64,000 nt of DNA from assembly GCA_963790475.1 (NCBI GenBank), contig CAWBOS010000010.1, positions 256,001 through 320,000 on the forward strand, given 5' to 3'. Position numbers and translations under genes: made by a program. Below are positions 47,837-58,249 of this stretch, one piece after another; position 1 is the first letter of the stretch, and every line of letters begins with the position of its first letter. This DNA is from an uncultured delta proteobacterium (GTDB taxonomy: Bacteria; Desulfobacterota; RBG-13-43-22). Below the pieces are notes generated by a model. It searched no databases and was not told where the DNA came from. It saw only the letters and a list, made by a program, of their open reading frames with translations.

Positions 47837-50533
47837 TCATGTATTTTGGATATGGATCTCTTCCGGAGACTCAAAATGTTTTTTAACATAGGCTAATTCG
47901 TCCTCCCGGGTCAATACTTTTCCGTTGATTCGAGCTTCCAGAAGATCTCCCAGGATTGTTTTATAAAGAGGACCGGGAACCAGTCCCAGGGCTTTAAGTT
48001 CTTCCCCCCCGATCGATAGGCAGGTGGATTTCAACTGGGTAAAATAAAGCGAAATCGCCTTTCGTCCGGTTTCCTGGGTGGTCTTGGCCATCAGGAAAAG
48101 CAGAGCTTCGTTGGGCAGAGGTGAAAGGAGCTTATATATTTCACTCCGGGAAAATTTTGGATTTTTCTGAAGGGTCATCAAAACCTTTTCCCCTTCGTTG
48201 CGGCATAAGGTCCAAATCTCAAAGACCCTTTTGGGCAACCCCAAGCGCTGGCGCAATTCGACGAATTGAGTGATGGGCTGGGCCAAAGCCAGAAAATAAA
48301 TCATCCATTTTTCGTAGGGTTCATTGAGATAAAGGAGATCAAACCAAGCCAGGACGGTTCGAATTTCACCAAAGAGGACCTCTCCCTTCGGGGGCAGGGT
48401 CCATTCCGGATGAATAGCCTGGAGCAGTTTTAAGTCAATCAGCCTTTTGATGACCGGCAGAGGGTTTTCTTCGCTCAGGATCAGCTGGAGTTCGGTGAAA
48501 ATCCTTTTGGGCGCCAGCTTTTCAATACCGCCGATGCGAATAGCGTTTTCGATCAGGTTGGCGGTCAGTTTTCCAATCTTGAATCCGAACCGTTGCTCAA
48601 AACGAACGGCTCGAAAGGCCCGGGTCGGATCTTCCACAAAGCTTAGGTTATGAAGGACCCTGATAGACCGTTCTTTCAGGTCTTTTTGGGCCCCGAAAAA
48701 GTCGATCAGGATACCAAACTGGCGGGGGTTCAGTTTCACGGCCAGGGTATTGATGGTAAAGTCGCGCCGGTAGAGGTCCATCTTAATGGAGCTGAGTTCC
48801 ACCACGGGGAGGGCGGCCGGGGATTCATAATACTCCGAACGGGCGGTGGCCACATCCACTTTAAAGCCGTCCGGGAAGATGAGGACCGCGGTTTTAAATT
48901 TAACATGATAACGGATTCGGGCCGGGAACCTTTTAGCGTATTCCTGGGCGAATTTAATCCCGTCTCCTTCGACAACAATATCGATATCCAGATTGTCGAA
49001 TTTCAGGAAGAGGTCGCGGATAAATCCGCCGATGGCATAAACGTTGTACCCCAGGCTGTCGGCCACCTCACCCAGGGACTTAAGCAGTTCGACAATCCGC
49101 CTGGGCAGCCTTTCATCCATCAAATAACCGACATTCTTTTTACGGACGAAATGGGGGGCCTTTCGGGAATCAAAAAGATACTCGGATATACCCGGACCGC
49201 TGATGAGGATATTGAGCAGGTCGGTGCGGGTGATAACCCCCTGGACCTTCCCGTGTTTGACCACCGGCAGGATCCTCTGTTTGTCCTCGATGATGAATTC
49301 CTGGATTTGAAACAAAGTGGCTTCAGGTTCAACAGTCGAAAATTCCGTAGTCATGTATTCCCGGACCGGCAGGTCCTTGAGACCGTGGAAGATAGCTTTT
49401 TCGATAACCTGCCGGGTGATCAGGCCCAGCAGTTTTTCGTTTTCCATCACCAAAAGGACATTGATATTATAGCGGGTCAGCAGTTCGTTGGCATGTTCGA
49501 TGGTCTCCCCGGGCTGGATCGATTTCACCGGAAAGGTCATCATGTCCCGGGCCTTCCGCTGAGGGTTGATGCGGCGTTTAAGCTGGGCGATCAGCTTTTC
49601 TTCCACCTGAACCAGGGTTTGATCCTTGATCGTGGCCGAGGCTGCAAAAGGATGTCCCCCTCCACCGAAGGTCAAAAGGATTTCTCCGACATTGATTTCC
49701 CGTATTCGGCTCCGGGCTACCAGATAAACCCGGTCTTCCATTCGGGCCAGGGCAAACAGACAATCGAGGTTTTCCATCTCCATCATCTTGTGGACCAAGA
49801 CGGCGAAATCACCCACATAGGAATCAATGGAGGCCTTGGCCACTACAATCTCCACGTTGTTAATCCGATGGCGGGTGGCCGATTCCAACATTTGATTCAA
49901 TAGGGAAACCTGTTCGGCGGTCAACTCCCGGGTCAGCATATCCGAAATCAGATTCAGATTGGCCCCTTGTTCCAGCAGATAGGCGGCCGCCTGATAATCC
50001 TCGGAGGTGGTTGATCCAAATGTGAAAGACCCCGTATCCTCGTAGATCCCCAAGGCCATCAGGGTCGCTTCGTCCGGGGTCAGGAGGATATTTTTTTCCT
50101 TCAAGAAACGCGTCATCAGGGTCATGGTCGCCCCCACCGGTTGAATATTTTCCAGGTCTCCTTTGATGTCGTTTTTGGCTGAAGGATGATGGTCATAAAT
50201 ATGAATATCCAATCCGGGACGATTTAATATCTCCGCAAATCGCCCGATTCTTTCCGGTTGACGGGTATCCACCAGGATCAAACGATGAATCCGTTCCAAC
50301 GGTACCTGTTTTATCTTGGTGAAATTGTATAGATAGACCGTGGATTGGAGAAAAAAATTGCGCAGATTTTGCTCTTGAGAACCTGGAAAGACCAGCCAGG
50401 CATCGGGATAGAGCTTTTTGGCGGCCATCATGGAGGCCAGACCGTCGAAATCGGTATTGAGGTGGGTGGTGATGACCTCAATACCGGTTGAATCCTGGAT
50501 ATCGGAATGGTTTGCTGCCGGGATGGATTCCAT
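47837..50533 (-). CDS. tRNA nucleotidyltransferase with N-terminal DHH/DHHA1 and CBS domains
   Basis: H.N.DFD, YDHH, GGGH, two CBS repeats, GGFIRD, DIDI, RRDFTIN, EDPTR. Confidence 0.9.
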   Translation of the reverse strand: MESIPAANHSDIQDSTGIEVITTHLNTDFDGLASMMAAKKLYPDAWLVFPGSQEQNLRNFFLQSTVYLYNFTKIKQVPLERIHRLILVDTRQPERIGRFAEILNRPGLDIHIYDHHPSAKNDIKGDLENIQPVGATMTLMTRFLKEKNILLTPDEATLMALGIYEDTGSFTFGSTTSEDYQAAAYLLEQGANLNLISDMLTRELTAEQVSLLNQMLESATRHRINNVEIVVAKASIDSYVGDFAVLVHKMMEMENLDCLFALARMEDRVYLVARSRIREINVGEILLTFGGGGHPFAASATIKDQTLVQVEEKLIAQLKRRINPQRKARDMMTFPVKSIQPGETIEHANELLTRYNINVLLVMENEKLLGLITRQVIEKAIFHGLKDLPVREYMTTEFSTVEPEATLFQIQEFIIEDKQRILPVVKHGKVQGVITRTDLLNILISGPGISEYLFDSRKAPHFVRKKNVGYLMDERLPRRIVELLKSLGEVADSLGYNVYAIGGFIRDLFLKFDNLDIDIVVEGDGIKFAQEYAKRFPARIRYHVKFKTAVLIFPDGFKVDVATARSEYYESPAALPVVELSSIKMDLYRRDFTINTLAVKLNPRQFGILIDFFGAQKDLKERSIRVLHNLSFVEDPTRAFRAVRFEQRFGFKIGKLTANLIENAIRIGGIEKLAPKRIFTELQLILSEENPLPVIKRLIDLKLLQAIHPEWTLPPKGEVLFGEIRTVLAWFDLLYLNEPYEKWMIYFLALAQPITQFVELRQRLGLPKRVFEIWTLCRNEGEKVLMTLQKNPKFSRSEIYKLLSPLPNEALLFLMAKTTQETGRKAISLYFTQLKSTCLSIGGEELKALGLVPGPLYKTILGDLLEARINGKVLTREDELAYVKKHFESPEEIHIQNT

Positions 50534-50539
50534 TAAAGA

Positions 50540-51430
50540 TCAGGCTCGAGGATGATATCTCCGGTAAACTTCCCGGAGATGTTCATGGGTTACCAGGGTG
50601 TAGATCTGAGTGGTGGAAATATCCGCATGACCCAGCATGGTTTGAATGGATCGGAGGTCGGCCCCGCCTTCCAGAAGATGGGTGGCAAAGGTATGCCTCA
50701 GAGTGTGAGGGGAAATCTTTTTCAGTATTCCCGCCTGCCGGCCGTATTGGCCCAGTATTTTCCAGAATCCCTGCCGGGACAGCCGGCCTCCCCGGTTGTT
50801 GAGAAAGACCCAGGGGGCCATCGGTTGTTTAAGCAGGGGAGGGCGTCCTTTTTCAAGATATTCCATCAGGCACCTGGAAGCCGCTTTTCCGATAGGGACC
50901 AATCGTTCTTTGGAACCCTTGCCCATGGTGCGAATAAGATGGGCTTCCAGTTCCAGCTGATCCAATCTCAGGGCAACTAATTCGGAGACTCTCAGACCGG
51001 TGGCATAAAGGACTTCCAGCATGGCGGCGTCCCTCAAACCCCGGGGTGATTCGGTTTTGGGTTGGTGGATCAGAGTTTCCACTTCCCTTTCCGAGAGGGT
51101 CTTGGGTAAGGCCCTTTTGGGTTTTGGGCCTTGTAAAAGGAAGGTCGGGTTGTCTTTCCGTAAGTTTTCTTCTTGAAGAAATCGGTAAAAAGACCTTAAG
51201 GCGGAGAGTATCCTGGCTTGAGTTCGACTGGAGAGTTTTCTGGTTCTCAAGGTTCCCAAGTATTCGTAAAGGGTTTCAGGTTGGGTTTGAGAAAGGTCGG
51301 AAATATCTATGGACTCCAGAAACCGGAAGTATTGGGTAAGATCTCGGCTGTAAGCCTCCAGGGTATTTGGAGAAAGGCCTTTTTCAACCACTAAAAAATG
51401 CAGGAAACGGTCAAGGGGTGTATCCAACAT
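50540..51430 (-). CDS. xerD: site-specific tyrosine recombinase XerD
   Basis: LRDAAMLEVLYATGLRVSEL, GKGSKER, HTLRHTFATHLL, LGHADISTTQIY. Confidence 0.93.
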   Translation of the reverse strand: MLDTPLDRFLHFLVVEKGLSPNTLEAYSRDLTQYFRFLESIDISDLSQTQPETLYEYLGTLRTRKLSSRTQARILSALRSFYRFLQEENLRKDNPTFLLQGPKPKRALPKTLSEREVETLIHQPKTESPRGLRDAAMLEVLYATGLRVSELVALRLDQLELEAHLIRTMGKGSKERLVPIGKAASRCLMEYLEKGRPPLLKQPMAPWVFLNNRGGRLSRQGFWKILGQYGRQAGILKKISPHTLRHTFATHLLEGGADLRSIQTMLGHADISTTQIYTLVTHEHLREVYRRYHPRA

Positions 51431-51480
51431 GAGGGAAATATAGCAGACCTTGACCGGTCTGTCAAGAACAGAAGAAATTT

Positions 51481-51990
51481 CTATTGGTTAGGCGTCAAAA
51501 GCTTTTTCTCGTCGGTTGTCCTTCGTTTGATAAAATGCCTCACTCTTCCAGGTAGTTGAAAGGTGGCGAACAAGGGCAAAACAAGGAGTGCAGAGAGCGG
51601 GGTCAGCAAGGTGCCCAAAACAACCGAAATCCCGAATCGCCGGGTGGGAGGAAAACCGGAAAGAATGAATATTCCAAAGCCGTGCAGACCGCGGGCATCG
51701 AATAGAGAGTAGGTTTCCATAGCCGAGAGCAGACGGCCGACCAGGCTTCCCGGGAGCGCGTGCCGGACGGGTGTCTCCTCACCCATACGAGCAGGTGAAT
51801 CATGGCATCGACACCTATGCCGATGGCGATATTGGCGCCCGGTGCTGAAATAATATCCACCGGGACGCGGAAATGACCGAGGAGACCGAGCATCAAGACG
51901 GGGATGATCGCCAAACTGATGAATACCGCCCCGATCACACGAAATGAGCGGGAGATTAGGCCCCCATGATCGTAAACAACACGGTCACCA
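51481..51990 (-). pseudogene. C-terminal fragment of an MMPL/RND-type exporter
   Basis: IISAPGANIAIGIGVDAMIH and SGFPPTRRFGISVVLG in two frames; no N-terminus. Confidence 0.65.
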
Positions 51991-52291
51991 TCGATTCTTC
52001 CGGGAATTCGACCGAGAGGTGAGCCAATCCAAGCCCAAACCCCCTTCAGTGAAGGAGTGAATTGAAAAGAATTTCCTTTTTGATAGGAAGGAAGCTGAGA
52101 ATCCGACGAGTCTATCTGAAATTCGAGGGCCAAAATACCTTATTTCTTAGCCAAAAATACTGAGTTTATTCTATTTCTTTACACCATTTTTTCCCATATC
52201 GTAAAATAGATAGAATATGATTCGAATAACCCAGGGCCGAAGACCGTTGCAGTCGATTCGATTGATTCGTCTAAAAAAGGAGACCAGGCCT

Positions 52292-52509
52292 ATGAAACCG
52301 ATGATCCTTATCGGAATTGTTTAATCATTTCCGGGTAGCAGCTCTTACCTACCAGGGCGTTACTTATACAACCCGTGAAAAGGTTCTCGATATCGGTCCT
52401 AATCCAAGCCACCAAAAAGACGGAGAAAACCATCCCATTGCCACCTCTCCTCCGCGGGGTCGCACTTGCAGCCGGGATTGTGTTGCTCATCAAGGGATCG
52501 AAGAAGTGA
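52292..52509 (+). pseudogene. small two-TM protein (DUF3185-like), frameshifted
   Basis: AAGGAG RBS; pieces MKPMILIGIV / ALTYQGVTYTTREKVLDIGP / QATKKTEKTIPLPPLL..ALAAGIVLLI in different frames. Confidence 0.65.
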
Positions 52510-52555
52510 AGTGCCGGTGTTTCCGGGTCAGTATCAAAATAAGGAGGTGATTCCA

Positions 52556-52699
52556 GTGATTCGAAAAGTCAAGGAGGGTTATCGTGTGGTTTCTGAAAGC
52601 GGGCGCAACATGGGAACCTATGCAACTAAAGAAGAGGCAGAGAAACGTTTAAAACAAATTGAATATTTTAAACATAAAAAGAATAGAACAGACTCCTGA
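52556..52699 (+). CDS. small basic hypothetical protein (47 aa)
   Basis: AAGGAGGTGA RBS then GTG; MIRKVKEGYRVVSESGRNMGTYATKEEAEKRLKQIEYFKH. Confidence 0.7.
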   Translation: MIRKVKEGYRVVSESGRNMGTYATKEEAEKRLKQIEYFKHKKNRTDS

Positions 52700-52874
52700 G
52701 ACCGTTTCAGCGAACCAATGGCCGAAGGAGAGGCCGCGCCCGAGAATAGGGAAGGACCTCAAACTCCCTTCATCCTTTGGGCCAAGAGGGGTATATTAAA
52801 ATCCGATTGATTCCACGAAGGCTGCCGGGGGTGATCTGAAAAAAGATTGAGGTTGCACGAAGGGAGGTAACGTT

Positions 52875-53262
52875 ATGGCAATGACGGGGGCTGACATACT
52901 GATCGAAACGATTATGGATTGGGGGGTGGATGTCATTTTCGGGCTGCCCGGAGATGGAATCAATGGAATCATTGAGGCCCTGCGTAATCGACAAGACAGA
53001 GTCCGTTTCATCCAGGTCCGCCACGAGGAATCCGCCGCTTTCATGGCCTGCGCCTACTCCAAATATACCGGGAAACTTGGGGTCTGCTTAGCCACCTCCG
53101 GTCATTATTGAAGCCGTCGTCGATCCCCATGAGCCCCCCTATCCTGCAAGAATCAAGCTTGAACAGGTTGAAAAAATGGCTGAAGCCCTTGCCAAAGGAA
53201 CGCCCTATAGAGGGGAGATTATAATGACCATTCTGTCGGATAAAGTTCGTGAACTCCTTTAA
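52875..53262 (+). pseudogene. TPP-dependent pyruvate oxidase/dehydrogenase with large internal deletion
   Basis: N-terminus FGLPGDG..VRHEESAAFMA..CLATSG joined out of frame to C-terminus PVIIEAVVDP.EPP..KVRELL. Confidence 0.85.
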
Positions 53263-53391
53263 TCTGCTGCTTTTACCTTTGTTAGTACTGCAGGAAAATC
53301 CCAAGCCCCGGCCTTTCCGATGCTCCGTTAAAGAATTAATGATGCGGGGCATGATGAGAGCGGCTGGTAATGAACTTAGGAGGATAAAACT

Positions 53392-53887
53392 ATGGCAGAG
53401 GAGAAAACATTGAAACGTGCGCGTCGTGATGCGCAGGAGGGAAAAGCTGCGAGCACACAGGCTGGTGAGTTCGTTCGCGAAGAGATAGAACACATCCGTG
53501 AGGGGAAGCATGGCGCGCGATCGACCAAGCAGGCGATTGCCATCGGCCTCTCGAAAGCACGCCGCGCCGGAGTACCCCTTCCCCCTCCTGAGAAGGAAAA
53601 GACTTCCGAGAAAACGCGTAAGAGCGCCGAGCGTGCCTACGAAAAAGGGCAGGCTCATGATCCGATCTCTCCTCGGCGTTCAGAAGCAAGAGAGATGGCA
53701 CTGAAGCAAGAGTCGCGTGAGGCAGCCACGCCCTACGGCACTTTCGCGCCAGGCCCGGGCTTCCGCTGCTCAGAGAACGCCGGAAGAGCGCTCCGCTGCG
53801 GCACGAAAAGCGGCCCGCACCAAGGGACCTCGTGGACGATCAGAAGCGGCCAAAAAGGCGGCAAGAACACGGACCCATAAAGAGTAG
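53392..53887 (+). pseudogene. DUF6496-like basic protein with +1 frameshift near 53734
   Basis: HGARSTKQAIAIGLSKARRAG; the shifted frame gives ALSRQARASAA..RSAAARKAARTK..AAKKAARTR. Confidence 0.65.
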
Positions 53888-53893
53888 AAGGCC

Positions 53894-54199
53894 ATGGAAC
53901 GAAAAGCAGGGAAACGCTGGTCGAAAAGTGTTATGGAAACAAGCAATGCCCTTGATCTCGAAGAAGGCGTCTTCAAAAAAGATAGCCCGCAAGAAATAGC
54001 AAAATCGCTGAAGCGCTCCGCGGAACGAAGCAGGCGCAGAAAATCCGGGCCTTTCGCATCGGCGATGTCCATGCTCAACTTCTACATCAACCGGGCGGGT
54101 AAAAACCTTCCTGATAACGAGAAAGAGAGGCTGGATGCGGCCAAGGACGAATTGCGCGAGTTGTATCATCGGCCGAAGCGGAGCGCTGCAAAGTCATAG
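53894..54199 (+). CDS. DUF3175-like protein
   Basis: WS..V.ETSNALDLEEGVF, IAKSLKRSAERS.RRKS.PF.SAMSMLNFYINRAGKNL. Confidence 0.8.
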   Translation: MERKAGKRWSKSVMETSNALDLEEGVFKKDSPQEIAKSLKRSAERSRRRKSGPFASAMSMLNFYINRAGKNLPDNEKERLDAAKDELRELYHRPKRSAAKS

Positions 54200-54326
54200 A
54201 GAGTGGTGCGAGAAATGGTATTAGTCAACTATTGTCGGCCTGCTCGGCCCTTTCTTCGCTGTAACCGTATCTAAGAAATGGAGTACGGACAGGGGGCGGG
54301 TGACCAAGAACATTCAGGAGGCTTTT

Positions 54327-54800
54327 ATGACTGATCAAAGCAAGCAAATGAGTCTCTTCAGCCGGTCGCTGACCGGTTTTATTGCTGGTTTTATAGCCAC
54401 GTTGATCTTCCACCAGTTGACGGTGGCCTTCCTCCGGGGAGTGGGAGTGGCGCCCTTCTTACCTTTTTCATGGACGCCAACAGAACCGTTCGGGGTGCCG
54501 GCGGTGCTCTCGCTGTCATTCTGGGGGGGCCTCTGGGGCATTATCTTTGCGCTGGTCCATGGCAGTTTTCCGCAGGGGGGCGGTTACTGGGTGGTGGCTT
54601 TTCTGTTCGGGGCCGTCCTTCCTTCTCTGGTCGCTCTTGTGGTGGTCCTGCCGCTCAAAGGACGACCCATGGGCGGAGGCTGGCACTTATCTCTGCTCGC
54701 AACCGCGTTCTTTGCTAACGGTGCCTGGGGTGTCGGCACCGGGGTCTTCCTCAAGGCATTGCGGGGTTGGTTCAGCGGATCGCGTGGCGCCGGAGTTTGA
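54327..54800 (+). CDS. hypothetical membrane protein
   Basis: AGGAGG RBS; four hydrophobic segments, PFGVPAVLSLSFWGGLWG. Confidence 0.7.
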   Translation: MTDQSKQMSLFSRSLTGFIAGFIATLIFHQLTVAFLRGVGVAPFLPFSWTPTEPFGVPAVLSLSFWGGLWGIIFALVHGSFPQGGGYWVVAFLFGAVLPSLVALVVVLPLKGRPMGGGWHLSLLATAFFANGAWGVGTGVFLKALRGWFSGSRGAGV

Positions 54801-55122
54801 ATTTATGGAAGCGCGTTTCTGGCTGAGAGGGACTTCTTTGGCCTGATGCCCGAGGAAGCGAAACAGCACGAGCCAGCACTACCGTACACACAAAGGCTGA
54901 GCCCTTTCCCCGATCCGGTTGGGCCTCACCCATGAAGGCATCGCCTCCTGGAAAGACCACTTGCACCCATAGTGGAATTCCTGCCGCCCGGGCCCCCAGC
55001 GGCAATCCCATCGATATTCCATCGTGATTATTTGTCTTCGAGTTTCCATTATTATGAAGGAAATCAGCCGATCCGAGACAACCATTGACAATTTCTCCTT
55101 ATTGTTATAATTAAGATACCCG

Positions 55123-55851
55123 ATGGATAAACATAAAATTGCACTGGTTACCGGCGGAAGCAAAGGAATCGGGGCGGCCATCGCCCTGACCCTGGCCGAG
55201 GACGGTTTTGATATTTGGCTTAACTACCGGAGCGACAAGGAAGCGGCCTCCAAGGTTTCAAGAACGATTGAGCAGGCCGGAGGAAGGTGCCGCTTACTCC
55301 CTTTTGACGTTTCCAACCCGCAGGATATCCAGACCCATCTGCTTCCCTTGCTGGAAAATGAAACGCCTTATGCCTTGATCAATAACGCCGGGTTTACCTG
55401 TGATGTGATCCTGGCCTGGATGACCGAGGAAGAATGGACGGATGTCCTCTCGGTCACCCTGGGCGGTTTCTTCCAGGTCACAAAACCGGTGATCAACGCC
55501 ATGTTAAGAAAAAGGGAAGGCCGCATCATCAACATTGCTTCCACTTCAGGCCAGAGCGGAATGGCCGGCCAGACCAATTATTCGGCGGCCAAGGCCGGGC
55601 TGATCGGGGCTACCAAGGCTTTAGCGGCCGAAGTGGGCAAAAGGAATATTCTGGTCAACGCTGTTTCTCCCGGGTTCATTGAAACGGAAATGGTCAAAGA
55701 GCTTCCCCGGGAGAAAGTCCTGCCGATGATCCCCCTGGGGCGTTTCGGAACCCCCCGAGAAGTGGCCGGAGTAGTGAGCTTTCTGTGCTCGGATAAGGCC
55801 TCGTACATCACCGGACAGGTGATTTCCGTCAATGGGGGCGCTTACCGGTGA
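55123..55851 (+). CDS. fabG: 3-oxoacyl-ACP reductase (SDR)
   Basis: TGGSKGIG, NNAG, YSAAK, PLGRFG; first gene of the FAS-like cluster. Confidence 0.88.
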   Translation: MDKHKIALVTGGSKGIGAAIALTLAEDGFDIWLNYRSDKEAASKVSRTIEQAGGRCRLLPFDVSNPQDIQTHLLPLLENETPYALINNAGFTCDVILAWMTEEEWTDVLSVTLGGFFQVTKPVINAMLRKREGRIINIASTSGQSGMAGQTNYSAAKAGLIGATKALAAEVGKRNILVNAVSPGFIETEMVKELPREKVLPMIPLGRFGTPREVAGVVSFLCSDKASYITGQVISVNGGAYR

Positions 55852-55960
55852 AATTAATCCCCATTGGCTGACAGGTATTTATTCAAATCCGGCCGGCTTT
55901 CCCCGTTAATAACCTGCGCCTTAACCTGTCAAAAAATCGATAGGGGAAAAATATCCCGGC

Positions 55961-56824
55961 ATGATAAACGCCTTGGTTTTTGACATTGATGACCTGGCCT
56001 ACAGCCTTAACGAAGTGAAAGGGACCAGCCTTCCCAATCGATATCTCGTGGAACAGGAAACCTACGCCTTATTGGAATCCTTAGACGTTTTGGCCATTAA
56101 GGCCACCATGTTCATTCCGGGATATGTAGCCCAGCTTTTCCCCGGTCTGGTCCGGGAGATCGACCGATCCGGACATGATATCGGATCGCACGGCTTCAAA
56201 CATTGGGTGGCCAGCCGCCTGCAAAGAAAAGGGTTCCATGAAGATGCTTCGGCCGGCAAAAAGATATTAGAAGATATCCTGTCCAAAGAGGTTGATACTT
56301 TCAGGGCCCCCGACTGGGGGATTTCTCCCAACACCCTTTGGGCTTATGAAGAATTGATTGCCCTGGGTTACCGGGTGGACAACAGCGCCCAACCCTCCTT
56401 ATTAAAATCACTGGGAAGGCTCCCGGAAGATATGACCCCTTTTTTCTATCACGGGGCCTTAACCATTATACCGGTGACCTCTTACCGGTTATGGGGAAAG
56501 GTTTTCCCTTTCAACGGCGGGCTTTTTTGCAGTTATGTGCCCATAAGTATCCAGATCAGCCACTACCAACATTTGAACCAAAAGGGGATTCCGATTAATT
56601 ACTATTGTCATCCCTATGAATTTTGTCCGCAGGGGATGAATAGACAGACCTGGAAATACGGTTCAATTCGGGCGGCTTTTTACGGGATCCACTTTGGACG
56701 ATATCGAGAAACCCTAACCCGGCTGGCCAGGGTTTTCAAATTTGCCCCGCTGCAAACCGCTTATCACCGGTTCCTCCAATACCAGGACCAGGGATCTATT
56801 TCGATCCCGGAGGCCTTACACTGA
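55961..56824 (+). CDS. polysaccharide deacetylase family protein (DUF3473-type)
   Basis: FDIDD, KATMF, SHGFKH, FRAP, YCHPYE. Confidence 0.8.
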   Translation: MINALVFDIDDLAYSLNEVKGTSLPNRYLVEQETYALLESLDVLAIKATMFIPGYVAQLFPGLVREIDRSGHDIGSHGFKHWVASRLQRKGFHEDASAGKKILEDILSKEVDTFRAPDWGISPNTLWAYEELIALGYRVDNSAQPSLLKSLGRLPEDMTPFFYHGALTIIPVTSYRLWGKVFPFNGGLFCSYVPISIQISHYQHLNQKGIPINYYCHPYEFCPQGMNRQTWKYGSIRAAFYGIHFGRYRETLTRLARVFKFAPLQTAYHRFLQYQDQGSISIPEALH

Positions 56825-57149
56825 AAGGGTTCTTCTGGGTTGTGCTCTCGAACCGTTTTTGCTATAATACTTTATTTCGATTTGAGCTTAGTCCCTGAAA
56901 GAAAGACCTGAGAAAGAAATTAACCTGGAACCGCGATTACCGGCGTCGGCATCATCTCCTGTCCGGGGAAGGACGTAGAAACCGTTGATCGTCCCCTTGT
57001 CAGATGAAATCCGGCATTATCATTGACGAGAAAAAGAAAGTGCTGAAATGCTTACCTTGGGCCATATACTTCGATCCGTCATCAACAGAATCCGCATTTT
57101 GAATCAATCTGAAGGTGTCTGATAACCACCCCAATAGGAAGGCCGAAGA

Positions 57150-57587
57150 ATGAACAAGTCTCCGAATTTCCCCATCCCGGTGGAACAATTGATTCCGCAC
57201 CGGCTTCCCCTGCGCCTCGTTGATCGCCTTTTGGATTATAACGGGCTCCTGGGGGTGGTGGAGTCAACTCTCTTGCCCGACAGTATTTGCATCCGGGATG
57301 ACGGTTCGATCGAGCAGGCGGCCATGGTGGAAATGATTGCCCAATCTTTTGCGGCGGTCAAGGGTTTTGCCGACCATCAGGAGGGAAAACAGGTCAACAG
57401 GGGTTTTTTAGTGGGGGTCAGGCAGTTCACTTTCCAGGGAACGGCCTATAAGAATGAGCGGTTGTTGATTTATATTACAAAAACCGGGGAGACGGACGAA
57501 TTTGCCCTGGCTGAGGGTCGGGTGACGCGTGAGGGAGAGGTGCTGGCCTTCGGAAATGTCATGGTTTGGATTCCCAGGGAGGGTTGA
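57150..57587 (+). CDS. hotdog-fold 3-hydroxyacyl-ACP dehydratase (ApeP-like)
   Basis: LIPHR.P.RLVDRL, EMIAQ, GFLVGV. Confidence 0.8.
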   Translation: MNKSPNFPIPVEQLIPHRLPLRLVDRLLDYNGLLGVVESTLLPDSICIRDDGSIEQAAMVEMIAQSFAAVKGFADHQEGKQVNRGFLVGVRQFTFQGTAYKNERLLIYITKTGETDEFALAEGRVTREGEVLAFGNVMVWIPREG

Positions 57588-58249
57588 TGTTTTTCAAGCA
57601 ATGTTTCACATTATCCCTTGTCTTTTTTTCCTGCCTCTGTTGGGGGCCCTCGGATCCGGCGGCAGAGATAAAAACCGAGCCGAAGGCCAAAGATTTAAAA
57701 TCTCAAATCTTTACCCATATTGCCGCCGGTGCCGAAACCATGCAAAACATCTCCAGCGATTTTTCTCAGGAAAGACACCTTTCCATGTTGAAAGAGCCCT
57801 TGATCTCCACTGGAAAGTTTGCTTATGAAAAACCTGATCACCTTTACTGGGAGATTGTTAAACCGTCTCCGGCAGGATTTGTGGTTCAGGGGGACAAGGC
57901 CAAGCGATGGACCAGCGACCCACGGATCACCGAAACCGTGGAGATAGATCAGGTCCCGATGGTCCGGGCTATTGTCGATCAGGTATTTGCCTGGACCAGG
58001 GCTGATTTCCCGCGGCTTGAAAAAAGGTACCGGATTATTGTGACCGAAGAGACTCCTCACCTGTTGAAGCTCATCCCCCTTTCTTCCCAGGAAAAGAGAT
58101 TTCTTTCTCATATCACCATTGCCTTTTCCGAAGACTGGACCTATGTCCGTTCCGTCGAGCTACACGAAAAAGGCGGAGATTTCACCCGAATCCGGTTTCT
58201 CAACCCTCTTTTGAATTCATCCCTGCCGAAAGACCTTTTTGAAAAATAA
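57587..58249 (+). CDS. LolA-like carrier protein
   Basis: Signal peptide; SDFSQERHLSML..PLISTGKF..KPD.L.WE. Confidence 0.8.
   Translation: MFFKQCFTLSLVFFSCLCWGPSDPAAEIKTEPKAKDLKSQIFTHIAAGAETMQNISSDFSQERHLSMLKEPLISTGKFAYEKPDHLYWEIVKPSPAGFVVQGDKAKRWTSDPRITETVEIDQVPMVRAIVDQVFAWTRADFPRLEKRYRIIVTEETPHLLKLIPLSSQEKRFLSHITIAFSEDWTYVRSVELHEKGGDFTRIRFLNPLLNSSLPKDLFEK

Noticed and set aside
48650-49903. 417-aa plus-strand ORF (and similar long antisense ORFs such as 22248-23210)
   Set aside because: Antisense shadows of well-supported genes, with no motifs or RBS
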